Source: Patescibacteria group bacterium (GTDB lineage Bacteria > Patescibacteriota > UBA1384 > XYA2-FULL-43-10 > 1-14-0-10-43-13). Taken from it: a DNA stretch of 64,000 bases. Where the stretch lies: assembly GCA_041666325.1 (NCBI GenBank), contig JBAYHC010000001.1, forward strand, positions 265,708 to 329,707, written 5' to 3'. Within the stretch, counting starts at the first letter, position 1; each line of letters opens with the position of its first letter. Made by a program: the position numbers and the translations under genes. Positions 50,627 through 59,610 of this stretch are shown piece by piece. The notes under the pieces were generated by a model. It saw only the letters and a program-made list of their open reading frames with translations, did no database searches and was not told where the DNA came from.

Positions 50627-51574
50627 CTAAATATTGCCCTTAGCAGCCACCATTCCGATCGAATGATAAACCTCATCTCTGTCCGAAACGGCCAATCCAA
50701 TACCCTGATCACCTGCACCATAATATGTTAAAAATTTATCGTCCACTTCGATTAAGCCTGTTGGAAAAACCACGCTATCTACCAACCCTCTCTGCTCATA
50801 TATCCGCTCTGGCTGAAAGATAGGCTCATCGCTACGAGCAATTACGTGGCTCGGGTTAACTAAGTCTAGCAACATCCAACCTGTGCGATATGTTGGTCTA
50901 GTATCTACGCCATGATATACAAGAAACCAACCAAACGGAGTCCTTATAGGTGGTGCACCTGCCCCAATCTTAACACTATCCCAGAGGTCCTTGCGAGGCT
51001 TAGCGATAGAAACATGACCAGACCAATCGCGAAGATTATCAGAAAAGGAGATCCAAATATCAGGATAGACTCGATGCAACAGAACATACTGTCCTGCCAC
51101 TTTTTCTGGAAACAATACCGCGTCCTTTGAGTCAAATTCCGGCAAAACAACACCGAAATCAACGAAACTCTGAAAATCAGTTGTCTCTGCTAAAGCCACT
51201 CTCGTTCTCCAAGGGGGCTCAGATAATTCACCGATCAATTCTTTGACCGGGTACACAGAGGCAAGGGTGTATGTTATAAGAAACCTGTCCTCAATTCTGA
51301 CAACGCGAGGATCCTCGCATCCCAGGCGACCATCGATGTTACCGGGGGTCGTCTCAAAAACAGGCAGTTCTGAACGTTCTCTGAAGTCAATTCCATCCGG
51401 TGAGCAAGCATAGCCAAAACGAGAGATACGATCAATGCCCATTGCCCTGTATAGCATATGTATCTTGCCTGCATCACAAACTACTCCCGGGTTGAAGACT
51501 GACTGTGCCTCCCACCACTTCTCTGCCCGCGGCGCCAGAATGAGGCTATCGGTAGATCGGTTAAGTTTAAACAT
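50627..51574 (-). CDS. GH130-family glycosidase/phosphorylase
   Basis: VFNPG, MLYRA, GCEDPR, KDAVLFPEK, KIGAGAPPI, YHGV, YYGAGD. Confidence 0.9.
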   Translation of the reverse strand: MFKLNRSTDSLILAPRAEKWWEAQSVFNPGVVCDAGKIHMLYRAMGIDRISRFGYACSPDGIDFRERSELPVFETTPGNIDGRLGCEDPRVVRIEDRFLITYTLASVYPVKELIGELSEPPWRTRVALAETTDFQSFVDFGVVLPEFDSKDAVLFPEKVAGQYVLLHRVYPDIWISFSDNLRDWSGHVSIAKPRKDLWDSVKIGAGAPPIRTPFGWFLVYHGVDTRPTYRTGWMLLDLVNPSHVIARSDEPIFQPERIYEQRGLVDSVVFPTGLIEVDDKFLTYYGAGDQGIGLAVSDRDEVYHSIGMVAAKGNI

Positions 51575-51583
51575 CTTGGTAAT

Positions 51584-52588
51584 TTAACGCGGTTCGCCCG
51601 CCAGAGCAACACCTATCTCGTCAAGATTGAGAGTCTGATTTTTGAGATCAAGTAATCTCGTTAGCATTTGATAAAAATAGTTAAAGCCTTCTTTGACAAC
51701 GCTCATTTCATAAGGGTTCTTCTCTGGGTTCTCCATAGAGTAAGTCCAGTGCTGAAGCTCTCTTGATATTTGGTAAACCAACATTGGCAATAGTGTTTGG
51801 ACAAGCTGGTCCGAGGCAGAAGTACTTAAACCTGCCTTGAATCTCTCGGCTAATAATGTTTGCGCCTCCGGATAACGCCAGGACGTAGCCCAAATATGAA
51901 CAAAATCCTCAACACAACTCCCCAAATGGGCAGATTCCCAATCAGTCACCAAAACAGCCTTATCAGCGAATACTATGTTTCCAAAGTGAAAATCACCATG
52001 AACAAGTCCTTCGCCCGCCATCAAGTATTTGGTAGGCCCAGAGATTATTTCACTTACCCTGGAAAGAAAGTTCGGAATATATTTGTGAAGTCGAGCAGCG
52101 CACTCTTCCATCGGCTTTAAATAATAAAATGGTGAAATTTCTTTTAATGACAACGGTGCACGGAATGAGTCCAGCTCGAAGATAACATTGATGGCATTGA
52201 TACACCGATCTCGCAGATTGGCTTGATTGTCCAAGATGAGATGAACATCACCAACAACATCTCCCTCGACATATTCCCTGAGGTACCAGGAAAAATCACC
52301 AGTTTCACAGTCAACAATTTTCGGAACGACGAATGATCTGAAAGAGATTTCTCCAAGCTGTTGATTTAGCCCAATCTCCTTCTTGAACGGCTGAGACCGA
52401 TTGTCCCCCTCAAAAACCAAGGCCTTAAAAAAGTATCGTTTGCCGTCTTTTCCGTCACAGATTGTTTTAAAAAACTTTTTGCCCGAGATCTCAGCATCGC
52501 TAAGATATTGGTCGGGAGCCAGACCAGGAACCAACTGCTTCTCTGCCAGAAGACCACTAATTTTTTTATCAATTTCTGGTATCAACAT
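51584..52588 (-). CDS. APH-family phosphotransferase
   Basis: YFFK, LVHGDFHFGNIV, VTDWE. Confidence 0.8.
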   Translation of the reverse strand: MLIPEIDKKISGLLAEKQLVPGLAPDQYLSDAEISGKKFFKTICDGKDGKRYFFKALVFEGDNRSQPFKKEIGLNQQLGEISFRSFVVPKIVDCETGDFSWYLREYVEGDVVGDVHLILDNQANLRDRCINAINVIFELDSFRAPLSLKEISPFYYLKPMEECAARLHKYIPNFLSRVSEIISGPTKYLMAGEGLVHGDFHFGNIVFADKAVLVTDWESAHLGSCVEDFVHIWATSWRYPEAQTLLAERFKAGLSTSASDQLVQTLLPMLVYQISRELQHWTYSMENPEKNPYEMSVVKEGFNYFYQMLTRLLDLKNQTLNLDEIGVALAGEPR

Positions 52589-52597
52589 TTATTCACC

Positions 52598-53620
52598 CTA
52601 TTTCTTTAAAACAAATTTGTCTGCACTTTCGGCCTTCTTCTCCTGTAAATATCCCGCAGCAGCCTCTGGTGCCATGACATTGATTATTACATCACTGCCA
52701 AGCTCGAAGCCACCATAATTAGCAATCCTTGGCACAATTTCAATATGCCAATGATAGGAGGCGGAATCATCTAGAATCGGTGGCAAGGTATGAACATAAA
52801 AATTTAGAGGCGGATTTCCAAGAGTCTCATCCAACATGTGAAAAACGTTTTGCGATATCTCAGCCAGAGCAGACATGCTTACCCTCGACGTTAACTCGAA
52901 CTGACTTTCGTGGCGCTTGGGTATTATCCAAGTTTCAAATGGAAAACGCGATGCAAAAAAGTTTATGGCAATATAATGATCATTCTGCCATATTATTCGA
53001 ATTTTTTCCCTCATTTCATGCTTAACAATATCACAATAAACACAAGCACCGTTTATTCCGTAGTACCTATCTGACCCATCCATCTCTCGCCCAACCGTAT
53101 TGGCCACTATTCCGGACGCAAATATCTGAGCATGAGGATGCTCAATTGATGCGCCTGCTTCAGCGCCATGATTGTAGATTGGCATAATAGACACGACGTT
53201 CTCGTGCTTTTTCATCCACAGATACCTTTCCCTGATTGTCTCGAACAATTCAGCGAGAACGACTCTTGGAAACTTCATCAGTGAAAGATCGTGATCCTTC
53301 ACAATCACAACCTCATGATCTCCAGTCGAAGGACGTGCACGATAGAAGCCCTCCTCTGGGTAAAAACTCCTCGTGCTATTCGGAGTTTTGCCCTCCTGAA
53401 AAGCAGGAAAACGGTTCTCAATTACATAAACATTTTCAGTGGACGATCCCCGCACCCTGTCGTTGTCCTTATATTTGTCCGAACCCTCACAAAATGGACA
53501 TTCACATTTGGGCACTACCTTTTGACTTTTGGGAATCAAAAAATCTTGGGGCCTCTTTGCTCTTTCGGGAGCAACAACAACCCAGTCTCCGGTAATAATA
53601 TTTTGGCGAAGTTGCGGCAT
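52598..53620 (-). CDS. galT: Galactose-1-phosphate uridylyltransferase (GalT family)
   Basis: LRQNIITGDWVVVAPERAKRP, CPFC, GASIEHPHAQ (HxHxQ), YHWHIEI; SD GGAGG. Confidence 0.9.
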   Translation of the reverse strand: MPQLRQNIITGDWVVVAPERAKRPQDFLIPKSQKVVPKCECPFCEGSDKYKDNDRVRGSSTENVYVIENRFPAFQEGKTPNSTRSFYPEEGFYRARPSTGDHEVVIVKDHDLSLMKFPRVVLAELFETIRERYLWMKKHENVVSIMPIYNHGAEAGASIEHPHAQIFASGIVANTVGREMDGSDRYYGINGACVYCDIVKHEMREKIRIIWQNDHYIAINFFASRFPFETWIIPKRHESQFELTSRVSMSALAEISQNVFHMLDETLGNPPLNFYVHTLPPILDDSASYHWHIEIVPRIANYGGFELGSDVIINVMAPEAAAGYLQEKKAESADKFVLKK

Positions 53621-53646
53621 CAAACCCTCCAAAAGGTATCGTTTTT

Positions 53647-53685
53647 TATTACAAGATATTATAGACAAGAACTCGGTGCGCAACA
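53647..53685 (-). repeat. Hairpin-repeat locus E (1 unit) upstream of galT
   Basis: TATTACAAGATATTATAGACAAGAACTCGGTGCGCAACA; same ends as array A/B units. Confidence 0.7.
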
Positions 53686-53687
53686 AA

Positions 53688-53785
53688 GGGTTAATACCCC
53701 ACAGCTTGCTGCGGAACCCTGGGCCTGGGGCTTCCTTTAACCACGAGCAGCCCAGGATCGAGCGGTGCCACGGGGTATTGTACCC
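53688..53785. other. ~98-nt GC-rich self-complementary element
   Basis: GGGTTAATACCCC...GGGGTATTGTACCC closing stem, CCTGGGC/GCCCAGG inner stem, CAGCTTGCTG hairpin. Confidence 0.65.
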
Positions 53786-53797
53786 ATTATAAGAGTA

Positions 53798-54310
53798 CTA
53801 GATTCTACTTTGTGCATTGATCATCTGGCGACTTGATTGAGCGTGGCAAATTGCAATAGCAAGCGCATCAGCTGCATCGTCAGGCTTCGGAATAGTATCA
53901 AGGCAACAGACCATCTTGACCATCTCTTGTATCTGTCTCTTTTCGGCACGACCATATCCGGTCAATGCTTGTTTGACTTGGAGAGGGGTGTATTCAAAAA
54001 CAGGACGACCGCTTTTTACTGCTGAGAGTACCGCAACACCACGAGCTTCCGCCACCTCCATCACCGTTTTCTGATTTTTAAAAAAGAAAAGTTTCTCAAT
54101 CGCCACCTCATCAGGAGTATTCTTTTTTATTATAACACGTAGCTCTTCATATATAGCAATAAGTCGGTCGGGCAAGTACGAATTTTTTTCCGTCACAATA
54201 CAACCATAATCTAGGGCACGGATAGTTCCCCTATCCCTCTCGACTAGGCCCCATCCCAAAAGATTGATTCCAGGATCAATGCCAAGTACTTTTATTGGTT
54301 TCGAGCTCAT
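53798..54310 (-). CDS. ruvC: Holliday junction resolvase
   Basis: LGIDPG, AIEKLFF, EYTPLQVK, DDAADALAIAICH. Confidence 0.97.
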   Translation of the reverse strand: MSSKPIKVLGIDPGINLLGWGLVERDRGTIRALDYGCIVTEKNSYLPDRLIAIYEELRVIIKKNTPDEVAIEKLFFFKNQKTVMEVAEARGVAVLSAVKSGRPVFEYTPLQVKQALTGYGRAEKRQIQEMVKMVCCLDTIPKPDDAADALAIAICHAQSSRQMINAQSRI

Positions 54311-54392
54311 AATCCCTCTGCAGCATAAGCAAATAACTGATCAGACTTGTTAGTCATTGGGTGCGAAAATTTTTGTCGCCCACCTCAGACTA

Positions 54393-55121
54393 CTATGCCA
54401 TATTAGTGTATACATTAGTCACATCCTCGAGCTCTTCGATTTTTTCAATTAAGTTTGAAACTGAGTCTGCTTTCTCGCTGGGAAGCAGAACAGGAGTTGT
54501 TGCAACTTGAATAATCTCTGCGGAATCAACAATAACACCCTTTTCTTCAAGGGCGCTTTTTACTGAGTGAAGGCTACCCGGTGCTGTCCGAACGACATAG
54601 AATCCATCCTCAGAATCAAAATCATCGGCACCCGAATCAATAATCACCATCTCAAGTTCTTCCCCTTTAGCATTGCTCTTGCTCTCGCTGAGTGCTATCT
54701 CTCCAACTGTCCGAAACTGATACAAAACACTGCCACTCCCAGCCATGGATCCACTATACTTGTTTAGTATTGCCTTTATATCAGAAACAGTGCGATTGCG
54801 ATTATCTGTCAACGTTTCTATGAGCATCGCAACCCCCGATGGGCCGTATGCCTCATAAGTTACCTCTTCAATCTTTACGCTGTCGCCGCCCTCGCCTAAT
54901 CCGCGCTTAATAGCGCGTTCTATGTTTTCCTTGGGCATGCTAACTGCGCGCGCGTTATCCATTGCCATGCGAAGAGAGGGATTAAAGTTAGGATCGCCAC
55001 TTTTACCGTCTCTGGTAGCAATCGTTATGAGTCCGGCCAGCTTGGTGAAGATTTTCGCCCTCTTCGAGTCAATTGCAGCTTTTTTCCTTTTGGTTGTTGC
55101 CCATTTGCTATGTCCTGACAT
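54393..55121 (-). CDS. yebC: YebC/PmpR family protein
   Basis: MSGHSKWATTKRKK, YEAYGP.GVA, TDNRNRT. Confidence 0.95.
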   Translation of the reverse strand: MSGHSKWATTKRKKAAIDSKRAKIFTKLAGLITIATRDGKSGDPNFNPSLRMAMDNARAVSMPKENIERAIKRGLGEGGDSVKIEEVTYEAYGPSGVAMLIETLTDNRNRTVSDIKAILNKYSGSMAGSGSVLYQFRTVGEIALSESKSNAKGEELEMVIIDSGADDFDSEDGFYVVRTAPGSLHSVKSALEEKGVIVDSAEIIQVATTPVLLPSEKADSVSNLIEKIEELEDVTNVYTNMA

Positions 55122-55279
55122 TCTGCTCCTTTCTGGTACGATTCAACATACTTCTCGTCTCTCTAGTTCATTTTAAGCTGAAACAGGCTCGCTTGGCAAG
55201 AGAAGAGACTTGCTCTTGAACTTTATGGCCAGATTAGAGATAATCCTTCCAGTATTAACAAACCTTAGATGGGGAAAAG

Positions 55280-56032
55280 ATGAATAATATATTTGAGGAA
55301 AGTCTAAAAACACTCGAGGGCAAAACTGCTGTAATAACTGGTGGCACCAGTGGGATAGGGCTCTCAACCGCCCTCAATCTCGCCTCTCTGGGTTGTAAAA
55401 CACTTGTCTTCAGTCGAGACAAGGACAAAGTATCTGCAGCACTAAAAAGAGTGGGCAACCCGAAAAACATTATTGGAGCCAGTGCAGATGTGACAAAGTA
55501 TGATGAAGTCAAAGATGTTTTTGATCAGGCAGAGCGAGAATTAGGCAGAATTGACATACTTATAAACAATGCGGCTATCCCGGCAGGAAATGTTGTCGAC
55601 AGTGAATATCCGGACTGGCAAAACGCAATCAACACGATGCTAATCGGATATATGTCATGTGCCAGAGAAGCAGCTCTTCGAATGAGAACACAAGGAAAGG
55701 GACATATTGTCAACGTGGGATCACTCAGTGCTGAAGTATTTGACCATAATAGTGATATTTATGTTGCAGCCAAATCAGGAGTTAGAGGATTCACCTTCTC
55801 GCTGCGTAAAAAATTAACGAAAGACAACATCAAGGTAAGTCTAGTTGAACCAGGCCTGGTTGCTACAAACCTCCACACATTAACCCAAGAAGAAAAAGAA
55901 AAGTTAGAAACATCCGGAAACATTCTTCAGCCCAATGATATTGCGAGAAGTATCATCTTTATCCTAACTCAATCTTGGTATAGTGACATTACTATGCTTC
56001 AGATCAGGCCACACGGCCAGAGCACCCTTTAG
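55280..56032 (+). CDS. SDR-family oxidoreductase
   Basis: TGGTSGIG, NNA, YVAAK. Confidence 0.9.
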   Translation: MNNIFEESLKTLEGKTAVITGGTSGIGLSTALNLASLGCKTLVFSRDKDKVSAALKRVGNPKNIIGASADVTKYDEVKDVFDQAERELGRIDILINNAAIPAGNVVDSEYPDWQNAINTMLIGYMSCAREAALRMRTQGKGHIVNVGSLSAEVFDHNSDIYVAAKSGVRGFTFSLRKKLTKDNIKVSLVEPGLVATNLHTLTQEEKEKLETSGNILQPNDIARSIIFILTQSWYSDITMLQIRPHGQSTL

Positions 56033-56033
56033 T

Positions 56034-56909
56034 TCATTTGTAGAGCACAGTGCCGTTCTTGTCCAGCCTAAACATAACAGTTCCTTCTCTGTCAGTCCGA
56101 AGTACAGTGCTTCCCTTTCTTTGTGCTAAATCCAAGGATTCTTGATGCGGGTGTCCATACTTATTGTCATCCCCAACTGATATTATGGAATATTTCGGTA
56201 ATACTTTTTCATACATTGCCTCATCTGCTCCATTGCTAGAGCCGTGATGTGAGACCTTCAGTATATCGGAAGCCAAACTTGATGATTCTCCTCCGGGATA
56301 ATCATCATAATGCGCCAACATCTCATCTTGCTCCTCTCTCTCTGCGTCCCCTAGAAATATTGCACACCGTTCAAAATAACAGAAACGCGTAATTTCTGAC
56401 GCATTATTCAGGTTCTCTGCGCTCTGCTCCTTAAATTTATCGCCGGGCCAAAGAAATTGAAGTTGACCATTCTCAAATGGGACAATCTCATCGAACACAG
56501 CAGGAACGAAGAGTTCTATTTTTTTGTCCCTGACCTTCCGCAGAAACTCAAGATACGCATCGCTCGTGTGTAAAACTCCAGGAGAATAAACGGCACCAAC
56601 ATCAAAGCGATCAAAAACCTTGTTTAATCCAATCAGGTGATCGGCATGGGGGTGGGTCAGAACAATAACCTCTATCTTTCTGTCAGAGAGCGGCATAGCA
56701 GCACCAAGATCAGCCATAATGCTGTCGTCAGGACCACCATCTATCAATATTTGAAAGTCTTTTTTTGATATCAAGGCAGCGTCTCCCTGACCCACATCAA
56801 AAAAATGCAAACTGACAGCGTCGCTAGCAGGGCCCTTAGCAATTTCTGTCCAAAGAAAGAAAAGAGTAGAAATCAGAACGGTGAAAATAATTTTGGTCGA
56901 GCTTTTCAT
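56034..56909 (-). CDS. ComEC-type metallo-beta-lactamase-fold nuclease domain protein
   Basis: DVGQGDA, THPHADH, GDAE, KVSHHGS, YGHPH, RTD. Confidence 0.9.
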   Translation of the reverse strand: MKSSTKIIFTVLISTLFFLWTEIAKGPASDAVSLHFFDVGQGDAALISKKDFQILIDGGPDDSIMADLGAAMPLSDRKIEVIVLTHPHADHLIGLNKVFDRFDVGAVYSPGVLHTSDAYLEFLRKVRDKKIELFVPAVFDEIVPFENGQLQFLWPGDKFKEQSAENLNNASEITRFCYFERCAIFLGDAEREEQDEMLAHYDDYPGGESSSLASDILKVSHHGSSNGADEAMYEKVLPKYSIISVGDDNKYGHPHQESLDLAQRKGSTVLRTDREGTVMFRLDKNGTVLYK

Positions 56910-58432
56910 CTTTTTTGCAAATGAGTCCGAAAATTACTTCTCTTCAACATGTATAGCACTATGACAAACAGCGCCAAAACAATCATGCCAAAAATGACTA
57001 TACTACCCCCTCCGATCTCGACTGCTGCGAATGGAACCTTGGAAAAAAGTTGTACCGTCTTAAGTATGTACGTTATTGGTGCGTATGCCAGCAGAGCGAA
57101 AGTAATTCCGAGAGGTTTCCATATTAATCCAAAAAAGATAATAAGTGCGATGAAGAGCATTGAAATTGGTACCACCCACAATACAGCAATATTAGCCACA
57201 GGCGCGATGAGCGAAATTTGACCGAAATTGTAAGCAATGATCGGCAAAACCGCCACCTGAGCACCGAGTGTGTCAGCTAACGGAGCAGAAATAAATTGGG
57301 GAATTCGCTTTAATCTCCCCCTCTCAAAGAAGGTTTTGATTACTGGCGAGACATAGACTAGTCCAGTAAATGCCAAGAAAGAGAGCTGAAAACCGATGTC
57401 ATAGAAGAGCAAGAAAGGGTTCACTAATAGCATAGATACTGCCGCCAATAAAGTCAGATTTGCCTGATGAGGCTGGCGGCCAATATTTCGCCCAAAAACA
57501 ATCAATAGAGAAAATATTGCTGCTCTCACAATACTTGGCGCCGCCCCCGTCATAACTACAAACAACAACACAACGGCACCGCTAGCAAGAAACACGATCT
57601 TTCGGCCAAACCACAACAATAACAACTCCGACAGGGCGACAACTATGATTGTGACATTGAACCCACTCAGGGCCACAATATGAGTTAGTCCGGTCTTGGC
57701 AAGATCGTCCCTGAAGACTTGGGGGATCGACCTCTTCTGCCCCAACAGTATGCCTGAAGCTAGCGACGAGTGTGGTTCCGGTAAGGAAAAATTAAGAACA
57801 TAGTCCATGCGGTCAATAATTCGATACAACCCTCGCCAGACCCGCTGCTTCAATCCGCGTGCTCGGTGAGCGCCAAGAACTGCTGGCCTCTCCATTGTGC
57901 CATAGACCGGATATTTCTTTAGATATCTTCCGTAATCAAAATCGCTATACTTCTCTGGCTTGCTGATCTGACCCCGAAGCGATAAATCGTCACCATACTG
58001 AATATCATGCTTCCCAGGCAGACTGACTAGCAACATCCTGCCACGGTATCCCTCTGATAGTCCATTTTCTATGTTATCAACAGAGACAATTATCTTCTGC
58101 AAGCCCTCATCTCTTTGGGGCTTTGAGACTACCCTTGCCAGTATTGTCGTTTCGGTACCGTACGCCCAAGTAGCACTCGTTTTTCGCTCAAAATCAGCCA
58201 GATAAAAGACGCCCAGTAAAAAGAACAAGACGGAGACTGTGACAAGTATAAGTACCCCATTCCTGAGCAAAACATTGGCAAAGAGAACAACCAAAATCCA
58301 GCAGAATATATTCAAAAACAAGATTCGAGAAAACTGAAAGTTGTCTCCTAATGCCGAAGCAACGACAATTCCACTCAAAAAGAAAAGGGCATACAACATA
58401 AATTGAAGTGCTTTTGGCATAGATTTTGTCAT
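56906..58432 (-). CDS. comEC: ComEC/Rec2 competence channel
   Basis: GLTHIVALSGFN, SIVRA, DIGFQLSFLA. Confidence 0.92.
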   Translation of the reverse strand: MTKSMPKALQFMLYALFFLSGIVVASALGDNFQFSRILFLNIFCWILVVLFANVLLRNGVLILVTVSVLFFLLGVFYLADFERKTSATWAYGTETTILARVVSKPQRDEGLQKIIVSVDNIENGLSEGYRGRMLLVSLPGKHDIQYGDDLSLRGQISKPEKYSDFDYGRYLKKYPVYGTMERPAVLGAHRARGLKQRVWRGLYRIIDRMDYVLNFSLPEPHSSLASGILLGQKRSIPQVFRDDLAKTGLTHIVALSGFNVTIIVVALSELLLLWFGRKIVFLASGAVVLLFVVMTGAAPSIVRAAIFSLLIVFGRNIGRQPHQANLTLLAAVSMLLVNPFLLFYDIGFQLSFLAFTGLVYVSPVIKTFFERGRLKRIPQFISAPLADTLGAQVAVLPIIAYNFGQISLIAPVANIAVLWVVPISMLFIALIIFFGLIWKPLGITFALLAYAPITYILKTVQLFSKVPFAAVEIGGGSIVIFGMIVLALFVIVLYMLKRSNFRTHLQKR

Positions 58433-58512
58433 GTACCACCGGCCATTGCCTTTAATTTGAAGTTAGGGTAATATTTTTCTGAAATCAGATAAATGCTAAC
58501 TATAAGCAAAGC

Positions 58513-58676
58513 CTTTAACGCCGTGTATCAAGTCACATTACTTTATATCTTGTTATAGTCGACCAGGGGCCTTCTTTAACGCACTGTATCAAGCTGCATT
58601 ACTTTATATCTTGTTATAGTCACTTCGTTCCTTTAACGCCGTGTATCAAGTCACATTACTTTATATCTTGTTATAG
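58513..58676 (+). repeat. Hairpin-repeat array D (3 x 46 bp) between comEC and grpE
   Basis: CTTTAACGCCGTGTATCAAGTCACATTACTTTATATCTTGTTATAG at 58513 and 58631 (identical) and a variant at 58574; 15- and 11-nt linkers. Confidence 0.93.
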
Positions 58677-58687
58677 GATAGTAAAAA

Positions 58688-59188
58688 ATGAACAAAAAAG
58701 ACACATCCTCCATGAATGAACAAAGTGAACCCAAAACCAGCCCCGAGATAGAAGAACTCAAGAACAAGATCGACGACCTAACCACCGGCTGGCAAAGAAC
58801 TCAGGCCGACTTTATTAATTTCAGAAACCAGACAACCCGAGAACGCTCGCAACTGGCCAAGATCGCCAAAGCAAGTCTGATCGAAGAAATTTTGCCGGTT
58901 CTCGATAACTTTGCCCTAGCCGCAAAACATCTCCCCGAAGAACTTAAGAACAATAGCTGGGCTCAAGGGGTACAGCAAGTCGAAAAACAGCTGGAGGCAA
59001 TTCTGACAAATGAGGGCTTGGATAAAATTAAAACTATTGGCGAACAATTTAATCCTGAGCTTCATGAGGCCATCGAAGAAGTTGAATCAGACAAGGCCGT
59101 AGATGAAATTATTGAAGAAATTGCAGCTGGATATAAATTTGACGACCTTATTGTTAGGCCAGCAAAGGTGAAAATCTCAAAAGGCTAG
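58688..59188 (+). CDS. grpE: Nucleotide exchange factor
   Basis: RTQADFINFR, LPVLDNF, FNPELHEA, GY...VRPAKVKI. Confidence 0.96.
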   Translation: MNKKDTSSMNEQSEPKTSPEIEELKNKIDDLTTGWQRTQADFINFRNQTTRERSQLAKIAKASLIEEILPVLDNFALAAKHLPEELKNNSWAQGVQQVEKQLEAILTNEGLDKIKTIGEQFNPELHEAIEEVESDKAVDEIIEEIAAGYKFDDLIVRPAKVKISKG

Positions 59189-59517
59189 TAAAATTCCCCT
59201 ATTGCATAGTAGGCCTGACGCCATGTCGTTGCTGTCATTCCTGCTAACAAAAAGAAGTGGACGGGTAAAACTAAGTACCGGCTGCTTTGTTTTGATGTTT
59301 CTACCAACACATGTGCAACCACGTCACCGCTTGCCACGCTTGATCAAGAAAAGACAGCGATTGTGGTCGCAGCCGAGATTTTTAGCTACAATCCAACCCG
59401 GACGATCACATAGAGGCAAAAATTTCATTGAAAAACCAGAAGACCAGAATTGTTTTAGCTAATATTCAGCGCATCAATGTTCACGCACCGAATAATAACC
59501 TGAAGCGAAGACGGGGG

Positions 59518-59546
59518 TTGACAAGATGTAAAGTTTACTTTACATT
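59518..59546 (+). promoter_or_regulatory. dnaK promoter with overlapping perfect inverted repeat
   Basis: TTGACA-N17-TACATT; ATGTAAAGT-TT-ACTTTACAT at 59526-59545. Confidence 0.7.
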
Positions 59547-59610
59547 TGTAATGAAACTATCGGACTTGTACGTCCTGTAGGCATAATTAGTCCTAGAAAG
59601 AAGGAGAGCA

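Noticed and set aside
53688-53785. SRP (4.5S) RNA
   Set aside because: Size and rod shape fit, but the conserved CAGG...GNRA...AGCA helix-8 motif is absent.
58513-58676. CRISPR array
   Set aside because: The 46-bp repeats have only 11-15 nt linkers, one of which recurs at other loci, and no cas genes are in the window.
59202-59462. 86-aa ORF between grpE and dnaK
   Set aside because: No SD and unprotein-like composition. An overlapping startless frame (HVVAVIPANKKKWTG...) looks more protein-like but could not be identified.
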